DNA of 64,000 nucleotides from a candidate division WOR-3 bacterium (GTDB lineage Bacteria; Hydrothermota; Tepidihabitantia; SM23-42; CAYGYG01): NCBI GenBank assembly GCA_965648915.1, contig CBFGIV010000001.1, positions 130,779 to 194,778 of the forward strand, read 5' to 3'. Shown piece by piece: positions 1 to 11,500 of this stretch (position 1 is its first letter; each line of letters starts with the position of its first letter). The notes under the pieces were generated by a model. It saw only the letters and a program-made list of their open reading frames with translations, ran no database searches and was not told where the DNA came from. The position numbers and the translations under genes were made by a program.

Positions 1-1851
1 TGGAATTTATCCAGTGGTATTACTTTGAGAAAGAGTATGGCCAAAGGACCAATCTACGACATCACTGCCGGTGATATTGATGGTGACCGGGAGGACGAGG
101 TGGTGATTATTACTTCGGGTGACAAGCGAGGGTTTGATGTGATCTCAGAAAAAGCCGGTTCATTCCATTTTGAATTACCGGTTAAAGATGAAACCTTTGG
201 CACCTGGCTGGCACTTTCCGGTGGAAATGTCCAGGGCGATCTGAGGGCGGAGATTGTTGTCCTTGAAGATAAATACTGGCCCTGGGAGAAGTGTCGCCTC
301 CGTTTCTATCAGTATAATCCAGCTGACAGCACCTTCCAGGAGATTAAGGTTATGGGCACTGACTATGGATACCTAAAAGATGTTGCCTGCGGAAATCCGG
401 ATCGGGATCGCTACTGGGAAGTTTTTGCTCTCGATGGTGAAGGGTCAGAATATCATAAACCGGTCCACATCTACAGTTATCAGGGTAAAGAGGGCTCTTT
501 TAATCTCAATGGCAGTAAGAATCCAGTGCGTATCGCGGTGGGTGAGTATGACGGCGACAATGCCCAGATTGAACTACTCGGCGGTCCTTATCTCTGTTCG
601 AGTGAACTCTGGCCCCATTTTGTCCTGGCCCTGCCTCCTTATCAGGATGGTATTGTGGTAGGAGAGTGCAAGATAAAGTATGGAGAAGGATTTCAGCAGA
701 ATCAGAATCGGGAAGCGACCGTCTCGGTTAAGGCAAACACCAATATCGGCTACAAAGGACAGTATCCTGGCGGCCTCTTTGAATACGAGATAATGGCATC
801 GCTTGAGGCAGGTATTAAGAAATATCTGGGCGATGCCCGTTCCTATGAATGGGGTCACTGGTTTGAATTTTCGAGCAAGACTGGAAAATTTGTTGTGATT
901 GCAACGAGAACCTATTACGACTCTTATCTCTATAAAATCCTCGACCCGAACGATCTCTTAGGGAGTGATAATCATAATGATACAATCAATATGAACGTGC
1001 CCAAGGCTTCAAGTTCTGCCCTGCCGCTCTACTATGAGGATTATCGCGCCTATGCTGATACGATACCCCGTCTACCAAAGATTCTCCTGCCCCCGCTCGA
1101 ACGTCCGGGCCGGGTTGTATCCTATCCCAGGGGATTTGTCTATCCCAATGGCTATCCAGTGCCAACCTCAGAACTGATGCTGATTAATCATCCAATCTAT
1201 CACATTACCCGCGAGGGAACCCAGGGCGGTTGGTATATAAGACTTTCTGAGCAGCAGGTAAATCAATCGGTCCTCTCGTCCTCTGCCAATCTTGTCTTCG
1301 GGGTCAAGGTCTTGAATATGGCTTTCCGGATTGCAGGTAGTGTTGGTGCCGAATATACCCACACCATTAAAGCGGGTAAATTGCTCGAGATCAAGGCCGA
1401 TATGGGTTATATCCCGGATTCCCTGCCCTACTGGCACTGGTATTATGAATATGTCCCTTACATCTATCGAGCGCCAAAAGATTCGGGTGGCTATTATGTC
1501 TTAAACTTCTTTGTCCAGAATCTCGGGCCCGGATATCAGAATCAAATTGGTGAGTCTAAAAATAATCCGCTATTGGTTACGGAATTTCTCTCCCCCCATC
1601 CCAATCCGTTTACAAAGACGACGAGCATTCAATTCACCCTTGCCCAGCCAGGCAATGTCTCTTTAAAAATCTACAATCCGGCCGGTCAGTTGGTGGCGAC
1701 CCTGTTAAACCATTTTGAAAAACCCGGCAGATACAATCTGCTCTGGAAGGGAATTGACGACAATGGTAAAAGAGTTGCGAGTGGTATCTACTATTGTGAG
1801 TTGATTGCTGGCTCATACCATTCAATAAAGAAGGTCATCCTTGCGAGGTAG
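1..1851 (+). CDS. Secreted FG-GAP-repeat protein with C-terminal sorting (T9SS-type/FlgD Ig) domain; 5'-truncated by the window edge
   Basis: The frame is open from base 1. FG-GAP-like motifs: AGDIDGDREDE, GGNVQGDLRAE, CGNPDRDRYWE. The C-terminus PNPF...IQFTL...SLKIYNPAGQLV.TL...W.G.D..G..VASGIYY...KKV is a typical CTD. Confidence 0.7.
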   Translation, partial: WNLSSGITLRKSMAKGPIYDITAGDIDGDREDEVVIITSGDKRGFDVISEKAGSFHFELPVKDETFGTWLALSGGNVQGDLRAEIVVLEDKYWPWEKCRLRFYQYNPADSTFQEIKVMGTDYGYLKDVACGNPDRDRYWEVFALDGEGSEYHKPVHIYSYQGKEGSFNLNGSKNPVRIAVGEYDGDNAQIELLGGPYLCSSELWPHFVLALPPYQDGIVVGECKIKYGEGFQQNQNREATVSVKANTNIGYKGQYPGGLFEYEIMASLEAGIKKYLGDARSYEWGHWFEFSSKTGKFVVIATRTYYDSYLYKILDPNDLLGSDNHNDTINMNVPKASSSALPLYYEDYRAYADTIPRLPKILLPPLERPGRVVSYPRGFVYPNGYPVPTSELMLINHPIYHITREGTQGGWYIRLSEQQVNQSVLSSSANLVFGVKVLNMAFRIAGSVGAEYTHTIKAGKLLEIKADMGYIPDSLPYWHWYYEYVPYIYRAPKDSGGYYVLNFFVQNLGPGYQNQIGESKNNPLLVTEFLSPHPNPFTKTTSIQFTLAQPGNVSLKIYNPAGQLVATLLNHFEKPGRYNLLWKGIDDNGKRVASGIYYCELIAGSYHSIKKVILAR

Positions 1852-1870
1852 TTAATCGATTGGAGGAGCA

Positions 1871-4270
1871 GTGAAGATGAAGACAACCCTTATATTATTA
1901 TTGATCTTTTACAGTCTATCATTTGCCCGGACTTCGGTGGAAAAAATAGAAGCAGCGTTTGATCGAGGCGAGATCTCCTTTGAACAAAAAATTCTTTATA
2001 AGGCGCTATCGATTAAAGGGCGAGACCACTTACCTGAATACCTCAAGGGAGATATCTATTATGAGAAGTGTGCCACACCAGTCATTGTCGAAATCTACCA
2101 AAACTGGGAAAAACTCGGGACGAAGACCAGAGACAGCATTAAAGTCCTGCTTGGTCGTCCCAGCCTCCCTTATACCTATGACAGTCCGGGTGGCCATTTC
2201 AAGATCCATTATGCGACCAGTGGAACAAACGGTGTTCCCAATACGGCTTATGTCTATAACTGTGCCGAATTCTTTGAACAGGCCTGGGCCAAAGAGGTTG
2301 AGCAGTTAGGCTACTATGCGCCACCCAGTGACAGCCCGAGGGGTGGTGATGGCCGGTATGATGTCTATATTATCAATATGGAATATTATGGTTATTGTGC
2401 ACCAGAACCACCTGGACCAGAACCCTGGGAAGATGCACCTTCTTACATCGCAGTGGAAAATGACTATGAAGGATTCCCTGGTACACCTGAAGGCTGTTTA
2501 AAGGTTACTTCGGCCCACGAATTCTTTCATGCGGTTCAGTTCGCCTATGACTATCAGGAAGAGGCCTGGTATATGGAGATCTCATCAACCTGGATGGAGG
2601 ATATAATATGGGATGAAGTTAATGACTATTTTAATTACCTGCCTGAATTCTTCAAACATCCTGAAGTCTCGTTGACGACTGAGAATATCCATATGTATGC
2701 GAGTTGTATCTTCAATCACTACCTCCAATCTCGATTTGGTATCGGGACGATCCGGACGATCTGGGAACATTGCCGGAATGAAAATGTTATTCAGGCGATT
2801 AATCGGACACTTGCCCAGAATAGTAGTTCACTCAATACTGCCTTTCAGGAGTTTACAACCTGGAACTATATAACCAATTCCCGGGACGATGGAAAGCATT
2901 ACCGCGATGGTAAGCACTTTCCTTTGATCTATATCGAAGCCAACCATAATCAGTATCCGGTCGAGAATGGAACAACCGCTCATTCTCTGAGTTATCTCAG
3001 TAGTAACTACATCGTCTTTCAGCCAGAAAGGAGTGGCCACCTCATCATTGCCTTTGATGGTGATGACCAGTATAACTGGGGTGCGACGATTCTGACCAGA
3101 AAAGGTTTGAATTATGAGACGGTAATGGTCCCGATCGAAGGCCCGGGTCAGAAAGGCGAAGTAATGGTGCCGAATTTTGAGAACTACAATGAGGTCGTTC
3201 TTATCCCGGTACTTCTTTCCGCCAATGCTTATGGACGCTTTTCATATCAGGCACATATTGCCGATTCGAGCTTAAGGTCACCATCAAATCTAACCGCCCA
3301 GTCCAATCTGCCCTATGTCCCCCTGACCTGGGAAAGTGGTAAGGAGCCGCTCTATTATAAGATATATCGTCGGAATGTAAATAGTGGACCATATCCTCTT
3401 CTGAATATTTCCTATGCACCAGCCTATGAGGACCGCAAGGTCATCCATAATTACACCTATTACTATGTGGTAACCGGTTTTTATCCCCAGGGTGAAAGTA
3501 AATTTGAAAAGCAGGTATCAGCCACCCCACGCTATCCCCAGGCCCGGAGGGATACAATCAGATATGATCTTGATCCCTATTCCTTTGAAGGCAGAGATTG
3601 TGAACCTTATTTTGCCGCAGTCCGATTTTCACCTCAAGAATTCTGCACATTAAAATCGGTCCTTGTATTTCTCAATCATGTCTTCCCATATAATCTTTTC
3701 GTATATAATTCAGGCCCGGCCGATTCAATACCCGGCGCAATCATCCATTCTCAATCCGGTATTTCTTCTGATCTCTGGAATGAGATCAATCTTACCCGTC
3801 CGGTGATATTTGAAAATGCTTCTGATTTCTGGCTCTGCCTCCAGACCGACAACGCCTATTATCCAATGGGTGTTGATAATGGATCAAATGTTTCCCATCG
3901 TTCATTCTATTCCTATGATGGACGAATCTGGCAGCGATTGAAACGCAATTTTGACCTGAGGGCGATCGTCGTCTTTACACCACCGACCTCAATTGCGGAA
4001 CCAAATTCGGGTTCAAAAAGACCTGATGGATATACCATCTTAAGTAATCCGGATCGAGGCCGAATCAGGATCCGATTAAAAGATACAAGATTGAGCAGAG
4101 ATCGAAGCCCGGGACTGAAGATCTACGATGTTGCGGGAAAACTGGTTAAAACCATTTCCGACCGATCGATCAGTTCCGATCTGATGATTCCCCTCAGTCC
4201 TGGTGTCTATTTTGTTGGCTATGGTTCTGAAAAGAATAATTGTCTGAGAAAGGTGGTTGTCATTCAATAG
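1871..4270 (+). CDS. Secreted zinc metalloprotease (HExxH; MXAN_6640-like) with FnIII-like domain and C-terminal sorting domain
   Basis: GGAGGA RBS, signal peptide, TSAHEFFHAVQ motif followed by W.ME...WMED, PSNLTA...YYYVV FnIII pattern, and CTD KIYDVAGKLV...PGVYFV. Confidence 0.75.
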   Translation: MKMKTTLILLLIFYSLSFARTSVEKIEAAFDRGEISFEQKILYKALSIKGRDHLPEYLKGDIYYEKCATPVIVEIYQNWEKLGTKTRDSIKVLLGRPSLPYTYDSPGGHFKIHYATSGTNGVPNTAYVYNCAEFFEQAWAKEVEQLGYYAPPSDSPRGGDGRYDVYIINMEYYGYCAPEPPGPEPWEDAPSYIAVENDYEGFPGTPEGCLKVTSAHEFFHAVQFAYDYQEEAWYMEISSTWMEDIIWDEVNDYFNYLPEFFKHPEVSLTTENIHMYASCIFNHYLQSRFGIGTIRTIWEHCRNENVIQAINRTLAQNSSSLNTAFQEFTTWNYITNSRDDGKHYRDGKHFPLIYIEANHNQYPVENGTTAHSLSYLSSNYIVFQPERSGHLIIAFDGDDQYNWGATILTRKGLNYETVMVPIEGPGQKGEVMVPNFENYNEVVLIPVLLSANAYGRFSYQAHIADSSLRSPSNLTAQSNLPYVPLTWESGKEPLYYKIYRRNVNSGPYPLLNISYAPAYEDRKVIHNYTYYYVVTGFYPQGESKFEKQVSATPRYPQARRDTIRYDLDPYSFEGRDCEPYFAAVRFSPQEFCTLKSVLVFLNHVFPYNLFVYNSGPADSIPGAIIHSQSGISSDLWNEINLTRPVIFENASDFWLCLQTDNAYYPMGVDNGSNVSHRSFYSYDGRIWQRLKRNFDLRAIVVFTPPTSIAEPNSGSKRPDGYTILSNPDRGRIRIRLKDTRLSRDRSPGLKIYDVAGKLVKTISDRSISSDLMIPLSPGVYFVGYGSEKNNCLRKVVVIQ

Positions 4271-4294
4271 ATATTTTTTAAATTGCCTCTAAGT

Positions 4295-4332
4295 AGAGCG
4301 GGGCTGCCACCGGCAGCCCCGCTCTTTATTTT
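4295..4332 (+). terminator. Rho-independent terminator
   Basis: Perfect 14-bp GC-rich stem AGAGCGGGGCTGCC-acc-GGCAGCCCCGCTCT followed by TTATTTT, 24 nt after the stop codon. Confidence 0.9.
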
Positions 4333-4351
4333 CAGATAGCAAGCAAGACTA

Positions 4352-4379
4352 TTGACTTTTAATTTATTTAAGTTAAGAT
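4352..4379 (+). promoter_or_regulatory. Sigma70-type promoter for the nnr operon (probably leaderless)
   Basis: TTGACT-16 nt-TAAGAT; ATG lies 6 nt downstream and there is no SD sequence. Confidence 0.6.
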
Positions 4380-4385
4380 ATAGGT

Positions 4386-5975
4386 ATGAGAATTGTAACC
4401 AATCAAGAGATGAGAAGTATCGACATCTGGGCGCAGAAGAAATTAGGAATTACCGGAGCGGTCCTGATGGAAAATGCGGGCCGGGGCTGTGTCGACATAC
4501 TTGAAAAGATCTTTCCTGTGAGAAACTTAAAAGTAATGATCTTCTGCGGTCCGGGCAATAATGGCGGTGATGGATTTGTTATCGGCCGGCATATCAAGAA
4601 TCGGGGTGGAACCGTTAAGATTCTTCTACTCGGATCAGAGAGGAGACTTAAAGGTGATGCCCTTACCAATTATCGACTTGCATGTAGAGGCGGTCTGGAG
4701 GTCATTACCGTAAAAGACGATAAAAATATACTCAATCTGGTCAGGGGATTTCAACCAGATGTGGTAATCGATGCCATCTTCGGGACTGGATTTACCGGAA
4801 GGCCGGAAGGGGTCTACGAGAAAGTTATTAACCTGATAAACAGACTCGACACCTTTGTCTTTTCGGTTGACATCCCTTCAGGGATCAATGGTGATACAGG
4901 AGAGGCTGAGGGATGTACTATTTATGCCGATTTAACCGCGACAATGTGTCTGCCCAAAGTTGGTAATCTTCTCTATCCCGGTCGTGCCTGTGCCGGTGAT
5001 CTCTGGTTGGTGGATATTGGTATTCCATACTCAATGATTGACTCAGGGCCACTTTCCCTCCTGACTCCGGAAGAGATGCATCGACTTCTTCCCTTCCGTA
5101 TCCCTGAGGGTAATAAGGGAACTTTTGGTTATGTTCTAATTATTGCGGGTGCCCGGGGATATAGTGGTGCCGCCTGTATGGCGGCACGCGCTGCCTTGAA
5201 GGTCGGAGCCGGTCTGGTCCGGCTCGGGGTCCCGAAGGGTATCATCAATCCAGTTGAGGCACAACTTATTGAAGTGGTTAAGATTCCACTGCCTCAGACC
5301 GATCAGGAGACTATCTCTTATAAGGCGCTTGATCAGGTATTTAAGTATGCCGAAGATTCGGATGTTGCGGTAATCGGCCCGGGTATTACGACCAACACAG
5401 AGACCAGGAGATTCTTAAAGGAACTTATCCTCAATATAAATATACCCTTTATTCTTGATGCCGATGGTCTCAACAATATTGCTGATCACCCAAAAATTCT
5501 TAAAAAGATCAAAGTCCCGAAAATATTGACCCCGCACCCGGGTGAGTTAAGCAGAATGATTAAGATCCCAGCCCAGAAGATAAATCAGGAACGAATTACT
5601 ATCGCCTTGAAGTGTGCTCAGGATTTTAATGCCGTAATGGTATTAAAGGGAGCGCCGACCATCATTGCTGAACCTTCTGGCCAGGCCTATCTCAATCCGA
5701 CCGGTAATTCCGGCCTGGCGACGGCTGGCTCGGGCGATGTCTTAGTTGGAATGATTGGAGGATTTCTGGCTCAGGGATTATCGCCGGTCTCAGCCTCAAA
5801 CCTTGGTGTCTTTCTCCACGGCCTCTCGGCTAACAGTGCAATGAAAAATACTAATGAATACTCCCTGAACGCAAATGACCTCTTGAAATATCTGCCTCAA
5901 GCGATCAACTTTTTACTCAATGAGGAATACAGAAAAGAGGATCCACTCCGTCTCATTTCAGTTCCGGTGGGTTAA
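4386..5975 (+). CDS. nnr: Bifunctional NAD(P)H-hydrate epimerase/dehydratase (NnrE-NnrD)
   Basis: YjeF_N motifs LMENAG, GPGNNGGDG, DAIFGTG and DIPSG; dehydratase motifs DADGL, LTPHPGE, VLKG and LATAGSGDVL. Confidence 0.95.
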   Translation: MRIVTNQEMRSIDIWAQKKLGITGAVLMENAGRGCVDILEKIFPVRNLKVMIFCGPGNNGGDGFVIGRHIKNRGGTVKILLLGSERRLKGDALTNYRLACRGGLEVITVKDDKNILNLVRGFQPDVVIDAIFGTGFTGRPEGVYEKVINLINRLDTFVFSVDIPSGINGDTGEAEGCTIYADLTATMCLPKVGNLLYPGRACAGDLWLVDIGIPYSMIDSGPLSLLTPEEMHRLLPFRIPEGNKGTFGYVLIIAGARGYSGAACMAARAALKVGAGLVRLGVPKGIINPVEAQLIEVVKIPLPQTDQETISYKALDQVFKYAEDSDVAVIGPGITTNTETRRFLKELILNINIPFILDADGLNNIADHPKILKKIKVPKILTPHPGELSRMIKIPAQKINQERITIALKCAQDFNAVMVLKGAPTIIAEPSGQAYLNPTGNSGLATAGSGDVLVGMIGGFLAQGLSPVSASNLGVFLHGLSANSAMKNTNEYSLNANDLLKYLPQAINFLLNEEYRKEDPLRLISVPVG

Positions 5976-5980
5976 TCATT

Positions 5981-7378
5981 ATGCCCGGCATTTTTGCACT
6001 TCTGGTCTTCTTCGCCAGGATCGATTACTTAGAGATACCACCTCTGGGGCGAATCGCATCAATTGCTGCAAGTGAGCGTCACCTGCTCGTTACCAATGAC
6101 CAGTATCTCATCTTTCTTGACAAAAATAATAGTTACCGGATAATCCGGACCATCCGTCTGGACGAAAGGCCGAATCTGGTGGGCTATGATGTCGACTATG
6201 GGGATTTCTGGATAACCGGTATTAACAATATCTTTCGTATTAATGACTTTACTTTTACCCTGAAGATCTTCCGCGTTGATAATGCCGCAACGATCAGGTC
6301 ATTTGCCATCGGTCCGGAATACCTCTACTGGTATCGGGGCACAAACCTCTTCAGGTTTCACAAAAGGACCGGTAAAGTTGAACCGGGGGCCGGGATCCCA
6401 CCTGAAGCGAAATGGTTTAAAATGACCACCAATGAGATGTTGAGAAAATTCCCTTTCCTCTCGCCCTATTATTATAATGATGAAGATTTCAATCGCTATT
6501 CAATAAGTGCCATCTTTGAAGATGGTCTTGATCTTTATGTTGGGACCATCGGTTATGGTCTCTTTAAGTATCACCGACTGACCTGGGAAAAATCTCACAT
6601 CACATTCGGCCCCTACACCGGTAATATCCGGGTAATCTATAAAGATGACAGTCGATTTTATTTTTTGGGCGATCGCTCGATCTCAATCTATCACTGGGAA
6701 GGGGATTCATTCAGTAATTTCATCTGCAAGAATAATATAGAAGCCTTCATTCCGTATCAGAATCGAATTTATATCAGCAGTGCTAATCGTCTGCTGAGTT
6801 TCGAAGGGAAGTTTGCCTATCCGATCAGTGATCTTAGAAATAATGTAACCACCTTGACCCTCGACAGCAACGAGATTATCTTCGCAACCACCAGTGGCGT
6901 CTATCGATTAAACCCCCTGAGTAATTCGGTCCTGTCTTTAGGACTTGAGAATATCCATATTAACAAGATAATTTCTGATGACAGCTATATCTATGCGGCA
7001 ACTAAAAATGGACTCTACCGCTACAAAAGAGACAGCAAAATCTGGGAGCGTTTAATCAATATTCCCTTTCTTGATATTATAAGATTTGATATTAATCGAT
7101 ACTACCTTATTTCATTTAATCGTCAACTTTATGAGACTAACGGCGATTCCCTCTCTGCCCTTCCTTATATGAACCTGACCTGCTTTGCGACCGATGGTGA
7201 ATTGCTCTATCTCGGGACGCTTTTAGGTCTGGACATCTATAATCCAGCAACCCGCATTTATCGGTCTGCCTCCTTTCTGCCTGAAGAGAAGATAAACTCG
7301 ATGGCAATTTTTTTAGATACATTATGGTTAGCGACGGATAAGTCGCTGTTAAAGATTGCGACTGATAAATTTAAATGA
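5981..7378 (+). CDS. Hypothetical exported beta-propeller protein
   Basis: Short hydrophobic N-terminus; repeated LYVGT..GL / IYAAT..GL / LWLAT blade motifs. Confidence 0.55.
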   Translation: MPGIFALLVFFARIDYLEIPPLGRIASIAASERHLLVTNDQYLIFLDKNNSYRIIRTIRLDERPNLVGYDVDYGDFWITGINNIFRINDFTFTLKIFRVDNAATIRSFAIGPEYLYWYRGTNLFRFHKRTGKVEPGAGIPPEAKWFKMTTNEMLRKFPFLSPYYYNDEDFNRYSISAIFEDGLDLYVGTIGYGLFKYHRLTWEKSHITFGPYTGNIRVIYKDDSRFYFLGDRSISIYHWEGDSFSNFICKNNIEAFIPYQNRIYISSANRLLSFEGKFAYPISDLRNNVTTLTLDSNEIIFATTSGVYRLNPLSNSVLSLGLENIHINKIISDDSYIYAATKNGLYRYKRDSKIWERLINIPFLDIIRFDINRYYLISFNRQLYETNGDSLSALPYMNLTCFATDGELLYLGTLLGLDIYNPATRIYRSASFLPEEKINSMAIFLDTLWLATDKSLLKIATDKFK

Positions 7379-8079
7379 AAGAAGGGACTTTCTTAGAACA
7401 CCTTGAGGAACTCCGGCTGAGAATTATAAAAGTCCTTGTCAGCCTGGTAATTGCTGGAATCATTGGTTACTACCTTTCCTCACCGGTTCTTAAACTTCTT
7501 GCCCGATCAGTTGGTAAACTTTATTTTTTTGCCCCGACCGAGGCTTTTTTTACACGCATCAAGGTCGGGATCTATATCGGGCTTCTTATTTGTGCCCCGG
7601 TTCTCCTCTATCATTTCTGGGCATTTGTCGGTCCAGCCCTAACCGATCGGGAAAGGCGTTATACCCTTTCTGTTCTCTTCTTCGGGACGGTGCTTTTTTT
7701 TATCGGCGGGTCTTTTGGTCTCTTTATTCTATTCCCCCTTGGCCTTAAGTTCCTCCTTGCCTTTGGCGGCGATGTTCTTACACCAATGATCAATGTCAGC
7801 CGTTATCTGACCTTTCTCTTCTGGTGTGTATTTGGCTGCGGAATTCTTTTTGAGTTACCTATTGTTGTTTATTTTTTAATCAAGATCGATGTCGTCTCAC
7901 CTGAAAGTCTGTCCCGACACCGGGCTGAGGCAATTGTCGGATTGCTTGTTGTCTGTGCAATTATTACACCAACGACCGATTTCTTTACGCTTCTTTTGGT
8001 TGCAATTCCACTTATAGTCCTGTATGAATCTTCGCTCCTCTTAGCAAAATTAACGACCAGGAGGAAAGACAATGATTGA
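7375..8079 (+). CDS. tatC: Twin-arginine translocase subunit TatC
   Basis: FLEHLEELRLR, APTEAF, FELP and ITPTTD motifs; about six TM segments. Confidence 0.95.
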   Translation: MKEGTFLEHLEELRLRIIKVLVSLVIAGIIGYYLSSPVLKLLARSVGKLYFFAPTEAFFTRIKVGIYIGLLICAPVLLYHFWAFVGPALTDRERRYTLSVLFFGTVLFFIGGSFGLFILFPLGLKFLLAFGGDVLTPMINVSRYLTFLFWCVFGCGILFELPIVVYFLIKIDVVSPESLSRHRAEAIVGLLVVCAIITPTTDFFTLLLVAIPLIVLYESSLLLAKLTTRRKDND

Positions 8080-8087
8080 GGGTGTTT

Positions 8088-8492
8088 ATGATTAAGAGAC
8101 TGAGTCATATTGGGATTGCGGTCCGGGATATTGACAAATCATTGAAGTTCTACCGGGATATGCTCGGGCTTGAATGTGGCGAAGTGAAGCGCTTTGAAAA
8201 TATGGGGATAATGATCGCCTTTGTAAAATTGGGTGAGACAGAACTTGAGCTTCTCCAGTCGATTCAAGAAGGTTCAGTTATTGCAAAATTTATCGAAAAG
8301 CGGGGCGAGGGTATCCATCATCTCTCTTTTGAAGTCGATGATATAGAACAGACACTCACCGATTTAAAAAATGGAGGTATAGAACTCATCGATGAAAAAC
8401 CCCGCATCGGCGCCAGTGGGAAGAAGGTTGCTTTTATTAATCCGCGATCGACTTATGGCGTTTTGATTGAACTCGAAGCCCGGGACGCTTAA
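8088..8492 (+). CDS. mce: Methylmalonyl-CoA epimerase (VOC family)
   Basis: HIGIAV, ELELL, FIEKRGEGIHH and GVLIEL motifs; ATG at 8088 follows GAGG. Confidence 0.9.
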   Translation: MIKRLSHIGIAVRDIDKSLKFYRDMLGLECGEVKRFENMGIMIAFVKLGETELELLQSIQEGSVIAKFIEKRGEGIHHLSFEVDDIEQTLTDLKNGGIELIDEKPRIGASGKKVAFINPRSTYGVLIELEARDA

Positions 8493-8508
8493 TAGATCAG
8501 AATAATGT

Positions 8509-11500
8509 TTATTCAGTCAGCGTTCTAACAAGCTCAGTTGTTTTGGTTGAGGGAGCGCGTTTGAGTTCTTTTAGGAAGGTCGCCTGCATCTGATGATATT
8601 TTTCCCGGATCGATTTTAAATCCCCGATTCGGGCATACAATTTAAATAAGCGATGATAATTTTCCTCATAAAATGGCTCGAGGGCAATGATTTCCAAGAG
8701 GTACCTTACTGCTTCGTGGTAATCACCAGTTTTCGAATGGTAATCGACCAGATTTGTCAGCAGGGAATGATAAAGACGCTTAAGGTGGGATCTGAGATCT
8801 TCTGCCCAGTTATCAAAATTATCGTTAAGAAAATTGGCGGGATAGGCATTTAAGGTCGATTCGTATTTTTTAATTGCCTCTTCAATATTACTCTTTTCCA
8901 GAATTTTCGCCTCATTACAGAGATTTTGAAACTCGAGACAATCGACGCGCATTGGATATTTTTCATTTATCCCGTAATTTTGCCCAATACGATTGATCAA
9001 TCGTGGGCAGAAGTTAAATTGGGCATTGAGATGGGTTATTGATGAGCGCAGGTTGGCAAGAGATCGGTTTGGAGATGATGAGGGCCAGAAATATTCAGCG
9101 AGTTTTTCCTGGTGGTGAAGTCCGGGGTGTGTGATCAGATATGCGAAGAGTGATTTTTGCTTTTGTGAATGCCACTTTACCGGAATTTCATAATCGGGTG
9201 CGATAAGGATTTTTAAAGTTTCTGAAGTATCAATCTTTAAATAATAGCCACGCTGTAAGGCAATTCTGGTAAAGATTTTTCGGGCCGTATTTTGAACCTG
9301 AGGATTATTTACCTTGATTAAATTCATTATTATCTCGATCTTACTGCGTTTAAGAATCTGGTGGATATATTCAGGACAGATCCGGGACTTTATTGCCTCA
9401 ATTATGAGGTAGAAACCGTTATCCTGGAAATGGTTAAGCACGAGAAACTCATAGCCTTTTTGCCGGGCGAGGTTCAGTGCCTGCGATAGATACTTTCTTA
9501 CCGATTCAGATTTGTTGATCCGATGTCCAAGTTTTGCAAGATGTAAAAGAGCGTCGGTAATAAAATATTTCATTCCCAATTTTTTTGTAATTTCGACACC
9601 CTGCAAGAAGAGAGCGTGCGCCTTCTTAAAATGGTGAATGGTCATCTCAATTACACCAAGCCCGAGCAGCGCCTGCACAAGGATGAAACCACTACCCGTG
9701 TCCCGGGCCCTGGTATAACAGCGATGAGCATTATAGTTGTCGCCACTTTTAAGATAATATCTACCTAAGAGAAGGTCGATCAATTTTTCCGCTTCCTTTT
9801 CGCGAAGATTCTGGTTGAGGGTGATTGCTTCATTGATCGAGGTTTCGAAGTTTTTACTCTCATTTTGTAAAAGATAAAATTCGCTCCAGGCAATTAATGT
9901 GGTGAGGAGTGCTCTCTGATCGCCGTAATTCTGGGCAGTAGACCTACTCTTTTCTAATAGTTTTCTTGCTTCTTCGAATTCGCCGGTTAGCATCTTGATT
10001 GTTGCCAGATTGTTATAGATTATACTGATGCCGGGCAGGACCGCCTTCTCCCCGATCATAATAGCGCGCTGATAATACTCTCTTGCCCTATCGAGGTCAC
10101 CGGTGATCTGCGAAATCAAACCGAGGTTCGTCAGGATTATTGCTTCAGGTCGGCTGTTTTCCCCTCTGACCAGAAGATAGGCTTTATTAAAGCGCCGGGC
10201 CAGGCCACGATATCGTCCCCTGGTTAGATCAAGGGCACCAATGGAATTGATGATTAAGGCTTTGAGTTCTTTCTCTTTACCAGGGACTAAATTAAGTGCC
10301 TTTCGGCTAAAGCGCAGGGCCTGCTTTTGATCTCCACGGCGTTTAAACAGGATAGAAAGGCGATAATTGGAAATTGACATACCCAGTCGATGGTTTTTAA
10401 AGGTAAAGAGTCTCTGGGCTTTATAATAGTGATCAAAGGACTCATCCCAGTAGCCCGTTTCCATAAGGATTGAACCTTTGATAAAAAGTAACCAGGGATC
10501 GGATTCGATAAATTCTCGGGGAAACTTATTAAGCCATTTTGTCAGGTGCCCACTCCATCCGCGTGTGACCATATCGCGATGATAGTTTTTGATAATGATC
10601 GAGGCGGCAGTCTTCAACTCTCCGGCCTCAAGGTAGTACATAATCGCATTGGTTAGATCCCGATTCTTTTCAAAAAATTTAGCGGCATCCCGATTAAGAC
10701 TTTTAATTACCTCAGGGCCTTCTTTCTGGAGTTGCTTCGTTAAAAATTCTTTAAATAGGCGATGATAACGATATACCTTCTGTTTGTTGATAAGTTCTTC
10801 GATGAAGAGGTTCTTGGTGACGAGATAATTAAGATATTCTGCAGAGTTGTTTATCTTCAGGATGTGATTACAGACATCAGGGGATAGCCAGTCGAGGATT
10901 GATGTGTTGACCAGGAAATTCTGAATCGGTACCGGCTGCTGGGCCAGGACTTCAGTGGCAAAATAATCAAATACCGTCTCCTCGGTCAGATGGGAAGGGA
11001 TTATCTTTTTATGATTTGGGAGGTGGATAAAAAACTGAATACCGGTAATCCAGCCTTCGAAATATTCCCAGGCCCCGCGCAATTCTTCGATTGGTATCCG
11101 ACCGCGATAGAAATCGATCGTCTCTTCAAGCGTAAACTTTAATTCCGGCGTGTGGATCTCGTAAAGTTCTCCCCGGGCGCGCAGTCTGGTTAATGAAAAT
11201 GCGGGATAGTCACGGGTTGTCATAATAATATGGATATTGGATGGGAGGTAATCGAAGAGATACTCAAACAGTCGATTTATCGGTCCTAAGCGACTGACGT
11301 GTTGATAGTCATCAAATATTATATAAAAATCTTCCTGGATTGCTGCGCATATTTCATTAATAAAGGTAGTAATAACCAGCGGGAAGTTTTTCACCGGATC
11401 GCCGATCTCGAGTGCGGCCAGTGTTTTTTCTCCGAAATCAGAAAAGCGACTCTTAATGCCGTAAATCAGATGGATTAAAAAGATATCGAGTTCGCGGTCG

